From assembly GCA_050734135.1 (NCBI GenBank), contig JBOHUG010000114.1, forward strand, positions 38,637 through 102,636: 64,000 nt of DNA, written 5' to 3'. The translations under genes were made by a program, and so were the position numbers. Below, piece after piece: positions 27,168 to 35,678 of this stretch. How positions within the stretch are numbered: position 1 is the stretch's first letter; every line of letters starts with the position of its first letter. Under the pieces are notes generated by a model. It saw only the letters and a program-made list of their open reading frames with translations. It ran no database searches and was not told where the DNA came from. This DNA comes from Candidatus Dormibacteria bacterium. GTDB taxonomy: Bacteria; Chloroflexota; Dormibacteria; Aeolococcales; Bog-877.

Positions 27168-27875
27168 GTGGAAGACGCCAATCAGTTCAACACGCTTGTG
27201 GTGGTCGGGGAGGCCAGCCTGGCTCGACGCGCCGCTGAGCTGGTGCCGTCCTTCCACATCGTCGGAGCAGTCGAGGATCTCGAGTTGGCCGACCCGGCGA
27301 CGAGCCTGGCGCGGATTGGCGCAATGCTCGATCGGGGGCAGCCCCCCGCAGCTGTCCTCTGCAGTGGCAACCCGGGCTTCACCGTGCTCTCGCAGCTGCG
27401 CCACTACCCCGCCAATCGCTGCTACGTCTTTCCGGGTGACTCACCGTGGCCGCTGCCCACTCTGCAGTGTCTGGTCGAGGCCGCCGGGATGACCCTGCTC
27501 CAGAATCTTGAGAGCCTGCCGGTGGCGCTGGTCGGACGCACGGTCAAGGGCGTCCGCCGCCCCGGGTACGAGGAGATCCCGACCGGGTCCGGGCTAGCAG
27601 CGGAGGAATCGGTCAGCCGGCTCAAGGCGGCCCAGGTCCAGCACGCCAGCCGGCCTGCCGGCGCCCAGCCGGCGCCCAATCGCGATGACTTCGGATGGGC
27701 CGACGCTCCCACCGTTCAAGTGCCGCCGGCCCCGGTGTCCCTGGACGGAGCAATTGAGGATGAGGGCGCGGGCGCGGTGGTCCTAAACGTCCACGACCGG
27801 CCGCTCGCGTCAGCGTCTGCCTACCTGCCCACCGACCTACTGCGGGTGCTGCGGCCGCGCGCGGGAGCGAACTAG
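27168..27875 (+). CDS. Hypothetical protein
   Basis: 235-aa ORF with plausible composition and no recognisable motif. First of three unknown genes between the enolase-family gene and folB. Confidence 0.4.
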   Translation: MEDANQFNTLVVVGEASLARRAAELVPSFHIVGAVEDLELADPATSLARIGAMLDRGQPPAAVLCSGNPGFTVLSQLRHYPANRCYVFPGDSPWPLPTLQCLVEAAGMTLLQNLESLPVALVGRTVKGVRRPGYEEIPTGSGLAAEESVSRLKAAQVQHASRPAGAQPAPNRDDFGWADAPTVQVPPAPVSLDGAIEDEGAGAVVLNVHDRPLASASAYLPTDLLRVLRPRAGAN

Positions 27876-28283
27876 ATGCCCAACTTGCCGAAGCGGCGCA
27901 AGTCCCCCGACTCCCAGCTGCTCGATCGGATCCGAAGCGAGATGCGGCGGATCCTGGCCATCCTCGACGATGCCGCCGTGAGTGGCAACGTCAGTCGGCT
28001 CGGTCAGGCCTTCGCCGGCGACGCCCTGGCCGAGCTCAAGGCTCGCTTCACCGCCTATCAGGCAGCCGGAATCCAGGTCAGCCCTTTCAGAGAGTCGTTG
28101 AACCTGGAGATCTCCGAGATTGCCGGCCAGGCCCAGGCCACAGTCCGACTACGGTACCGGGACCGCACCAGCTTCCTGACCACCGACGCCTCTCCGAGCA
28201 CCACGAACGAGGCGGTACAGCTGCGAATGGTGCTCGACGGTCAGCGCGAGCCGTGGCGGGTCACGTCGATCGAAGAGGAGTGA
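27876..28283 (+). CDS. Hypothetical protein (possible NTF2-like fold)
   Basis: 135 aa, immediately contiguous with the previous ORF. The alpha+beta pattern is reminiscent of NTF2/SnoaL-like domains, but the evidence is weak. Confidence 0.4.
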   Translation: MPNLPKRRKSPDSQLLDRIRSEMRRILAILDDAAVSGNVSRLGQAFAGDALAELKARFTAYQAAGIQVSPFRESLNLEISEIAGQAQATVRLRYRDRTSFLTTDASPSTTNEAVQLRMVLDGQREPWRVTSIEEE

Positions 28284-28377
28284 ACCCCCGCATGAGTTCC
28301 AGCGGAACTCATGCTACGCTGGGAGAGTTCCGGCGCGAGTCGGCGGGGGTCCCTGCGGCTACCCCTGTTTCTGTGAT

Positions 28378-28860
28378 TTGGTGTCCATGAGTCCCAGGCG
28401 CACGCCCAAGCCGGACGAGCCCGAGCCCGATCTGACAGCACAAGACGGCGCTGAGACGGCACCGCTTGCCGATGACGAGGAGGAGTTGGAGATCGCAGAG
28501 GAAGCTGAGCCCGACCTGGTTGTTGACCCACCGGCAGCTCCGACGGTCCGCGTGGCGCCCCGCCCCTCACCGACCCGCCCCTGGGGTGGGAATCGCGGGG
28601 CGATCAACGTGGAGGACCTCAGCCCGGAGGAACTGACTCCGGAGATGCGGTGGCCTCCAGGAAGCTGGGTCAAGGTGAACGACGTCGTCCGCCATAGCAC
28701 CGGGGAGATGATCGAGGGCATCTCTGTGGGGGACGTGGGGCAGGTTATCGCGGCCCTGTCCCAGACGCTGGTCGTGCTGTTTCCGACCCGGGACAACCGG
28801 CGCGAAGTGGTCCATATCGACTCCATCGAAGCTGTCGAAAAGAAGCCCATAGGCCGCTGA
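28378..28860 (+). CDS. Hypothetical protein with acidic disordered N-terminus and small conserved C-terminal domain
   Basis: 160 aa; D/E/P-rich first 90 aa, then a compact domain (SWVKVNDVVRHSTGEMIEG...VVLFPTRDNRREVVHIDSIE). Confidence 0.4.
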   Translation: MVSMSPRRTPKPDEPEPDLTAQDGAETAPLADDEEELEIAEEAEPDLVVDPPAAPTVRVAPRPSPTRPWGGNRGAINVEDLSPEELTPEMRWPPGSWVKVNDVVRHSTGEMIEGISVGDVGQVIAALSQTLVVLFPTRDNRREVVHIDSIEAVEKKPIGR

Positions 28861-28884
28861 CAAGATCCCGAGAGCCAGCCGGCG

Positions 28885-29277
28885 GTGAGCTCCATTGGCG
28901 AGCCTGATCCCTTGGCTCCCCCGCCCGACCTCCTGGCGCTGCACGGGTTGCGATTCTTCGGACACCACGGGGTCTCCGCCGCCGAGAGACGGGCTGGCGG
29001 TGAGTACACCGTCGACCTGGAAGTTGTCGCTGACCTGGTGCGCGCCCAGGCGACCGACGAGGTAGCTGACACCGTGAATTACGTCGACCTCTACGAGGCG
29101 GTCCGCGAGGTGGTGGAAGAGAAGCAATTCCATCTGGTGGAGGCCATGGCGTCCCAGATCGCCGCGGCGGTGGTGAAGCTGCCCAAGGTGAAGCGGGTTC
29201 GCCTCCGGGTGACGAAGCCGCCCCGGCTGCCCGGTCAAACGGTTGGCTTCGCTGTGGAGGTAGTCCGAGTCCCCTGA
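28885..29277 (+). CDS. folB: Dihydroneopterin aldolase
   Basis: LHGLRFFGHHGV...ER motif and ~120-130 aa size typical of FolB. Confidence 0.8.
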   Translation: MSSIGEPDPLAPPPDLLALHGLRFFGHHGVSAAERRAGGEYTVDLEVVADLVRAQATDEVADTVNYVDLYEAVREVVEEKQFHLVEAMASQIAAAVVKLPKVKRVRLRVTKPPRLPGQTVGFAVEVVRVP

Positions 29278-29295
29278 CCACGCCCCCCAACCCGG

Positions 29296-30222
29296 ATGGT
29301 CGGCGGACTGCAGATGCGCGGGACCGGCTCGCCCTCAACCATGGACAATCTTCGATTTGCGGACAACCTTGACGGTGAGGCCGTGGTCGCTCTGGGCCTG
29401 CCAGCGCCGCGGCTCGTCCTGCTGGGGCTGGGAGCCGCGAGCGCCTGGGCTGCGGGTGGGCTGCCGCTCCCCGATCCGCTGCGCCTGGGCGCGGCCGGGC
29501 TTGTGGCGCTGGTAACCGCCAGGTGGGCCTGGGGCAGGGTCAGGGGAGTGTCGCTCGCCCGCTGGAGCTGGCTGGCTCTCGGGTACGTCAGCCGGTCAGT
29601 AACCGCAGTGAAGCCGAGTGACTGGCAGAGTCTGGAAGCTGAGTTCGACACCACCCCGAGGCCGGAGCTCCGGGCCGCGATCCCGAGCGCCAAGGCCGTC
29701 GCCTTTGTGGCTATGCGGTCGGGAGTCGGCTGCACTTCAGTCTGCCGGGCCGTCGCGAGCCAGCTTCTGGTTGCGCCCCAGCCGGCCCTGGCCGGAAGTC
29801 GGCTTGAAGAGGCCGGTGCCAAGTGGATCCCGGCGGATCTTCAGGGCAGCTCGTGCCCCCCGTTGCTGCTCTGCGATTGGGGCGCCGGAGCGCAGAACCT
29901 GCCACCTCAATCTCAGGTGGTGGGGCTGATCTTGGTCTGGGGAGGGGAGGAGGACGCCCCTGGTGCCCTCAGAACCAAGGTACTGAATCTGCACCAAAGT
30001 TTCCCCGGCGTCGAAGTGCTGGCAGTACTCAACCGAGCCGGCGCAGCCGCTGTTTTGAGCACCCGCATCGCCAGCGCCGGAGCCCGCTTGGCGGCCACGA
30101 TTCCCGTCGACCCACAGCTGGGCGAGTCGAACCTCGGCCAGCGCCGTTCCGCTGACTCACCGTCGGCGCTGGGAGTCAGCCTTCTGGCCCGGGAGGTACG
30201 CGCTCTCTCCCACTCCTGGTGA
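29296..30222 (+). CDS. VirB3/PrgI-like membrane protein with ~200-aa C-terminal extension (module B)
   Basis: Two N-terminal TMs followed by WGRVRGVSLARWSWLALGY, paralleling GRREGRQLDSWVADWLRF of ORF 16211. It lies immediately upstream of and overlapping the second VirB4-like ATPase. Confidence 0.4.
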   Translation: MVGGLQMRGTGSPSTMDNLRFADNLDGEAVVALGLPAPRLVLLGLGAASAWAAGGLPLPDPLRLGAAGLVALVTARWAWGRVRGVSLARWSWLALGYVSRSVTAVKPSDWQSLEAEFDTTPRPELRAAIPSAKAVAFVAMRSGVGCTSVCRAVASQLLVAPQPALAGSRLEEAGAKWIPADLQGSSCPPLLLCDWGAGAQNLPPQSQVVGLILVWGGEEDAPGALRTKVLNLHQSFPGVEVLAVLNRAGAAAVLSTRIASAGARLAATIPVDPQLGESNLGQRRSADSPSALGVSLLAREVRALSHSW

Positions 30223-32213
30223 GGTCCCTGGCGACGGGCGGCGGACAACCCCGGACCCGGCGCATCCAGGCTCCCGACATTCTCGACCTGGTCGACTCGG
30301 AGCGGCGGAAGCGGGCAGCCGAGCTGGAGACCTGGCTGGAGCAGTTGCAGCTACCTGTCGCATTTCTCATCTGCTCTCGCCGCGAGACTACGGATGATCC
30401 CCTCGCGGGGTTGGCCCCCGGACGAGCTTCGAGTCGGCTGCAGGCTGCCATGGAGGATTATCTCGCCGATCAAACTCGGCGCCGCCCCAGGTTTCGGAGG
30501 ACCGTGTTCCTTGCCCTCTCCGATCTCGGGTCCGATGGAGAGATGGCGCCGTCTGGACCGGGCTGGATTGTCTCCCCTGACCGACCGGCTCCGCTGGCTG
30601 AGGGTCTCTGGCGAGAGCGCCCGACACTCCTGAGAGTTGGAGGGCGGTACCTGAGTTCGGTTTGGATTGAGCGGTTGCCGGGAATTGAAGTCGCTCCCGG
30701 GTGGCTGTGGGCTCTGGTCGGAACTCCGGGTGAGTTCGACCTGATCCTGAGCATTTGGCCCCAGGCCAAAGGTGCAGCAGACCGGTCATTGCGCCGCCGC
30801 ATGGTGGGACTGCGCGCCAGGGAGCTGGCCGCCGGCCAGCGCGGTGAGGACGGGGACCCTCGACTGCGCGCAGCACTGGACTCGGCGGCGCGGCTCCGAG
30901 AGGTACTGGCTCGATCCGAGGGCAAGCTCTTCGACCTAGCGATCACCGCTACCTTGGGCGCCGACACCGCGAACCACACCCGGGAGCTGGTCCACGACCT
31001 GCAGTCCCGAGTGGCGGCCCTGAGAGCAGGGCTCGCACCGGCCTGGTGCAGTCCGGGCCCTGCCCGCCTCCAGACCCAGCTGCTTCCGACCGACCCACTC
31101 GGACCGAGGCGGGTGGTGCAGAGTGGCGAACTCGCCACCTTGTGGCCCTGGCTCGACGACTGGGACGGAAAGACGATGGGCGCGGTTCACCTGGGGCGGC
31201 ACCTGCGGACAGGCGCTCCGGTCTGGTTGAAGCTCCATGATCCAACAGCTCTTCCGAATGCCAACTTGGGGGTGGTGGCAGCCTCCGGCAGCGGTAAGTC
31301 CTACCTCGGCGGTTTACTCGGACTCGAAGCCGTCTGCCTGGGCGTCCGAACCGTCGTTCTGGATCCTGAAAACGAGCATCGTCGATGGTGCGAGGCGGTC
31401 GACGGTCAGTACCTCTCGCTCGGTGATTCCCGGCCTAGCGGATTCAACTTGCTGGAGATGGCGGAGCCGGGAGAGGCTCCGAGTGCGGTCGCCGAACTGA
31501 TCTCCCTCCTCTGTGGACGGCTGTCGCCGGCGGAGATCGGCCAGGTCTCCGACGCTGTGAGGTGGGTGCTCGCTGAAGCCGGGACCGGCTCAGCGGTGCT
31601 CTCCGATTGTCTCCCCCGACTGCGCCGAACCGAAGCGGGCGAGACGGTCGCCCACCGGCTGCTGCCCTGGCTGGACGGGACCGCAGGGGCACTCTTCAAC
31701 TCCGCGGGGCGGGGGCCGGAGGTGATGACGACCACCGCGGTTGGACTCCGCGAACTCCCCTCGGCCTGGCTCCCCGCCGCCACCCTGCTGGTCTCGCACT
31801 GGCTCTGGCGCTGGATCCGTTTTCAGGGGGGTCGGAAGCAGGCGATCGTGGACGAGGCCGGGTTGTTGGCGGACAACGCCCCCCTGCAGCGACTCATGGC
31901 CCACCTCGCTCGGCGGATCCGTAAATATCAGGGCTCTTTGGTGCTGCTCACCCAGTCCGCCGGCGACCTCCTCGGCAGCGCTCCCGGGGAGGTAATGGCA
32001 GTGAATTCAGCGACCATGCTGCTCGGCAGCCAGCACCCCGCAGCTGCCCTTCGGTTACAGCAGGGATTCCTCCTCGACGACGCCCAGCGACAATGGCTGG
32101 AGAGAGCCGGACGGGGCCAGTTTCTCCTGCTCTTGGGGTCCCGGCGGGCACCGATTCAGATCGAGGCCGCGTCCGAATATCACCAATTGCTCAGTTCCGA
32201 GAGCGACGACTGA
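30219..32213 (+). CDS. Second VirB4/TrbE-family ATPase (diverged paralog)
   Basis: 664 aa; Walker A VVAASGSGKSY, the VirB4-type VLDPENEH motif and Walker B AIVDEAGLL. Same overall layout as ORF 16597. Confidence 0.7.
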   Translation: MRSLATGGGQPRTRRIQAPDILDLVDSERRKRAAELETWLEQLQLPVAFLICSRRETTDDPLAGLAPGRASSRLQAAMEDYLADQTRRRPRFRRTVFLALSDLGSDGEMAPSGPGWIVSPDRPAPLAEGLWRERPTLLRVGGRYLSSVWIERLPGIEVAPGWLWALVGTPGEFDLILSIWPQAKGAADRSLRRRMVGLRARELAAGQRGEDGDPRLRAALDSAARLREVLARSEGKLFDLAITATLGADTANHTRELVHDLQSRVAALRAGLAPAWCSPGPARLQTQLLPTDPLGPRRVVQSGELATLWPWLDDWDGKTMGAVHLGRHLRTGAPVWLKLHDPTALPNANLGVVAASGSGKSYLGGLLGLEAVCLGVRTVVLDPENEHRRWCEAVDGQYLSLGDSRPSGFNLLEMAEPGEAPSAVAELISLLCGRLSPAEIGQVSDAVRWVLAEAGTGSAVLSDCLPRLRRTEAGETVAHRLLPWLDGTAGALFNSAGRGPEVMTTTAVGLRELPSAWLPAATLLVSHWLWRWIRFQGGRKQAIVDEAGLLADNAPLQRLMAHLARRIRKYQGSLVLLTQSAGDLLGSAPGEVMAVNSATMLLGSQHPAAALRLQQGFLLDDAQRQWLERAGRGQFLLLLGSRRAPIQIEAASEYHQLLSSESDD

Positions 32214-32234
32214 GGGTGGCGACGGTCTGGGGCC

Positions 32235-32873
32235 ATGAAGTTGGCACCCTCGGGTCCGAGTCTAGAATCATCCTTCATGGGCCGGGTGCTTTTTGTCCGT
32301 CTGACCAATCCCGGCCTGGCCGGCGGGGCCGAGTGGACCACGGCGGTGGCCAACTTCGCCGCCACCAGATCGTGGCATTCGGAGCCCTTCTGGCTCGCGA
32401 CAGATGACTCCCCGGGCCTCTTTGAGATGGAGTACCTGCGCCACCTGCGCCTGGAGAATCATGAGCCGATCTTCGGCGCTGGCTTCGTCCGCCTGGCAGG
32501 GGACGAGACGGACGCGCTGGCGGTCTATTTTGGGCTGCTAAAGCTGACGGGGAGGCTGGGCGGACGAGCTCTGGTGTTGGATCCCGACAACCCGATCCGC
32601 AAGCAGCGCCAGCTGGCTCTGGTAGAGGGTGAAGTGAGTGGACCTCGAAGCATCGACGAGGTGATGGTGGCGGGCCCGATCTTCAAGCGGCTGGCCGGCG
32701 GGACCATTACCTTCTACCCTCCGCGGTATCGCGGGGCGACCCTGCCTGGCCCCGTCGGCTTACCGGGGCAGTGGAGCTTCGCGATCCATGGGATGAAGGA
32801 CCACGCGCCCGGATTCCTAGAGGCGGAAGCCGAGGCGATGCGCATCTACCGCAGCCTGCGCGCCATCGGCTGA
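32235..32873 (+). CDS. Hypothetical protein
   Basis: 212-aa ORF directly after virB4-B with no recognisable motif. It occupies the position held by the CHAP hydrolase in module A. Confidence 0.4.
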   Translation: MKLAPSGPSLESSFMGRVLFVRLTNPGLAGGAEWTTAVANFAATRSWHSEPFWLATDDSPGLFEMEYLRHLRLENHEPIFGAGFVRLAGDETDALAVYFGLLKLTGRLGGRALVLDPDNPIRKQRQLALVEGEVSGPRSIDEVMVAGPIFKRLAGGTITFYPPRYRGATLPGPVGLPGQWSFAIHGMKDHAPGFLEAEAEAMRIYRSLRAIG

Positions 32874-32877
32874 TCCG

Positions 32878-33348
32878 TTGCGGGCTGTGGTGCAGCGGGT
32901 GGCGCGCGCCCGGGTCACTGTGGATGGCGAGCTGATCGCCGCCATCAGGGGTGGTCTGGCGATCTACCTGGGAGTCGGTCCCACCGACGAGCCGGCGGTT
33001 GCTCGACACTTTGCAGGACGTTTGGTGGAACTCCGCATCTTTCCCGATGCAGCCGGCAAGATGAACAAGTCCCTCCTGGCCGTTGGGGGTGAGGTACTTG
33101 TGGTCAGCCAGTTCACCCTCTTCGCCGATACTCGCCGGGGCCATCGGCCGGCGTTCACTGCGGCGGCCGACCCTGAGCGTGGGCTCGAGCTGTATCGGCT
33201 CTTCATCGACGAGCTCCGCCGCCTCGGGGTCGTCCGCGTGTCCCAGGGCCAGTTTGGCGCCCACATGCTGGTTGACTCCGTCAACGACGGACCAGTGACT
33301 ATCGTCGCCGCCACCTCCGAAGCTCCCTGGCTGGCCGACTGCGGCTGA
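32878..33348 (+). CDS. dtd: D-aminoacyl-tRNA deacylase
   Basis: MRAVVQRVxxAxVTV N-terminus, SQFTLFAD motif and NDGPVT C-terminal motif; ~150 aa. Confidence 0.85.
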   Translation: MRAVVQRVARARVTVDGELIAAIRGGLAIYLGVGPTDEPAVARHFAGRLVELRIFPDAAGKMNKSLLAVGGEVLVVSQFTLFADTRRGHRPAFTAAADPERGLELYRLFIDELRRLGVVRVSQGQFGAHMLVDSVNDGPVTIVAATSEAPWLADCG

Positions 33349-33415
33349 CGAGCGCCAGCGCTTTCCCCCAGCGGACATAGGGGAGGGAGCATCTCAGTCA
33401 GCAGGGGGTAGATTC

Positions 33416-33654
33416 GTGGGCGAGCTAAATTCATTGCTCAATTCCTGGGTTCTGATCGGACAGGGAATAATCGGCAGCCTAGGTACATTGGCGTTTGTCA
33501 GTGCCTTTGTCTGGCGCGTGGTTGCCCCCAACCCTCACAGTGCCATGGAGGCCCTAACGATGGTTGGGCCGGATCGCCGTCGGAACCCTGGGGGTGGAGC
33601 TGGCGGGCGTGCTCACCCACGTGCTGCTGGCGGCAGTCCCGCACAGCGTCGGCT
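33416..33654 (+). pseudogene. Pilin-like two-TM protein gene (paralog of 13707) interrupted by an apparent +1 frameshift
   Basis: Frame 2 gives MGELNSLLNSWVLIGQGIIGSLGTLAFVSAFVWRVV...AMEALT, then degenerates into low complexity. Frame 0 from ~33558 continues WLGRIAVGTLGVELAGVLTHVLLAAVPHSVG-stop, a second TM helix. Joined, the protein resembles ORF 13707 (MVELL...). Confidence 0.35.
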
Positions 33655-33659
33655 GAACC

Positions 33660-34562
33660 GTGGTCGCGCTGACCTTTCCCAGCTTTGACCTCCACCCCCT
33701 CTCCCTGTTCAACCATCTCATCAGCGGTGCCCTCACCGCCTTCGTGACGTCCTCTCGCGCCACCCTCGATGGAGCCCTCCGAACTTACCTGTTCGGTACC
33801 TACGACGCCGCCCATCCTCTTCGCCATCAGCCCTTCACTGATACCCCGGGCGTGGGGCAGCTGAACCACTTACTGCTGGGCGCCGGTGGCGCGCTGCTGG
33901 TAGCTGTGTTTCTCTACAGTTCGCTGCGCACTGTTGCCAGCGCCGGCGACGCGCGCCACCACCTGCAGATCGTCCTGCCCCGTGTGCTCGTGGCGCTCGC
34001 GTTGGCTGTTGTTAGCCTGCCGTTGCTTCAGCAGGCCGTCGATCTGAACAACGCCCTCAGCGCAGTGGTGAGCGGCGGAGCCGACCTTAACCTGGCCCAG
34101 TTACCGTGGAGTTCACCGCTGAGTGGTTCCGCATTGCGGTCTGCTTCGACCAACGTCTTTTTGCTGCTTTTCGCTGCCGCGCTGGTGCTGGCACTGGTGA
34201 TCTTGGTGCTTGCCTACGTGGTGCGGTACACGCTGCTAGCCGTGCTGTGTGCCACTGCCCCGCTGGCGGCGATCGCCTGGATTCTCCCGGAAACGCGGGG
34301 TTTCTCCCGTCAGTGGCTGCGTCTCCTGGTGATCACTCTTTTCATGCAGTTTGGTCAGCTGCTAGTACTTCGCAGCGCCATCGCTCTCGCATTCGCGCGC
34401 GGGCACGGGGTGATCGGGATTCTGTATGCATTCGCCGCCCTTTACTTGATGCTACGCGTTCCCGGCGCCCTCAACGTGGCGGCCCACTACGGGTCCAGTG
34501 CGGAGGGGGCCGGCCGCCGCTGGGCGCGGGCGGCACGGCGGTCGGCGACAACTGAGGTCTAG
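33660..34562 (+). CDS. Polytopic membrane protein, VirB6/TrbL-like paralog (module B)
   Basis: 300 aa, 6 or more TMs. The motif block VVRYTLLAVLCATAPLAAIAWILPETRGFSRQWLRLLVITLFMQFGQLLV aligns with LARYLALAVLAGCSSLAFLLLALPGGRPAFARYWRTVAELSAVVVVQTLV of ORF 14085. Confidence 0.5.
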   Translation: MVALTFPSFDLHPLSLFNHLISGALTAFVTSSRATLDGALRTYLFGTYDAAHPLRHQPFTDTPGVGQLNHLLLGAGGALLVAVFLYSSLRTVASAGDARHHLQIVLPRVLVALALAVVSLPLLQQAVDLNNALSAVVSGGADLNLAQLPWSSPLSGSALRSASTNVFLLLFAAALVLALVILVLAYVVRYTLLAVLCATAPLAAIAWILPETRGFSRQWLRLLVITLFMQFGQLLVLRSAIALAFARGHGVIGILYAFAALYLMLRVPGALNVAAHYGSSAEGAGRRWARAARRSATTEV

Positions 34563-34571
34563 CCTGGGTGG

Positions 34572-35168
34572 TCAGAGAGTCACGTGCGCCTCGACGATCG
34601 GCGTTCCCCACAGGCTCTTCAGCTGGCCAAAGAACGCGCTGGATCGGAGCGAGGGACGGTCCTCCAGGTCGCCGAAGGTCAGCTCGGCGCGAGCCGCCGG
34701 CAGCCGAGGGGACCAGGTTAGCTGGGAGACGTCGAAACCCGCTGTACAGCTCGGGCACGAGGCCCGCATCGGGTCTGGGTCCGGGAACCTGAGCCGGAAG
34801 AATTCAAGCGCCGCAGCGCAGACGGGACACACCGCTCGGTAGCCCTGGGGCGGTTCGGTGTCAAAGCCCTCTGGACCCGGATCCGGATAGCAGCGCAGGA
34901 CCCCGCTCTCGAGGCGGACCTCGCCACGGCCCGGCCCCGCCATCTGCAGTCGACCGGGGGGAAGCAAGAGCCGGGCGAAGGCGGGACCGGGCAGAAGGGC
35001 GTCGGGCTCCGAGCCGGCGGTGGCCAGCCCCACCTCGAACAGCAGCTGGATAGTTGCCTGCAGCAGGACCTCGCTGGGTACAAACGTCGGGTCGCCGGGA
35101 AGCAGGTGTAGCCAAGTCCGGTGGCCGTGACCGCCATGTCCGGAGCCGACTGAGAGCGAGAGAGGCAT
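34572..35168 (-). CDS. Hypothetical protein with CxxC...CxxC zinc-ribbon
   Basis: 198 aa; CPVCAA...CPSCTAG pair. No other recognisable domain. Confidence 0.35.
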   Translation of the reverse strand: MPLSLSVGSGHGGHGHRTWLHLLPGDPTFVPSEVLLQATIQLLFEVGLATAGSEPDALLPGPAFARLLLPPGRLQMAGPGRGEVRLESGVLRCYPDPGPEGFDTEPPQGYRAVCPVCAAALEFFRLRFPDPDPMRASCPSCTAGFDVSQLTWSPRLPAARAELTFGDLEDRPSLRSSAFFGQLKSLWGTPIVEAHVTL

Positions 35169-35220
35169 CTGCGGGGATCGTAACCGGCCCCGTGGGACCG
35201 GGGGAGCGGACCTAATTCAG

Positions 35221-35601
35221 GTGATGGCAAAGGGTCGGATCAAGTCGGCGCTCGCTCTGATCGGAGCCTGCGCCGCGCTCTCCATCGTTCTCCCACCGCT
35301 GGCCGGCGTCCTCAACGGAGTCGGCTCGGTCACGCTCCTGGCTCTGGGTGGGTATTCCGCCTATCGGGCCTGGGCCTGGCTCGAGACGGTCGTGGAGGCG
35401 TCGCGGCGGCCGAGCACGGTCCGGCGCAATCTGAGCCGTTCGGAATCGGGAAATGAGAATGCGCCGGTGCCGCCGCGTTCGCGAGCTCGGTCGAGGTCAG
35501 CCCCAGATCAGGATCGGTCTGGCACCGAGGAGCGCCGGCTCCACTGGCCGGGGGTGGTGCACCGGGATCGCCCGCTCGTCCCGGTGTCGCGGGAACGGTA
35601 G
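35221..35601 (+). CDS. Small hypothetical membrane protein
   Basis: 126 aa with two N-terminal hydrophobic helices and an Arg/Ser-rich tail. Weakly supported. Confidence 0.3.
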   Translation: MMAKGRIKSALALIGACAALSIVLPPLAGVLNGVGSVTLLALGGYSAYRAWAWLETVVEASRRPSTVRRNLSRSESGNENAPVPPRSRARSRSAPDQDRSGTEERRLHWPGVVHRDRPLVPVSRER

Positions 35602-35678
35602 GACAGAGCGGTCGCGACCTGACTCCGGGGCGCCCGATTGAGATCGAGGGTCTCGACAGCGACTGCTACGATCGAGGC

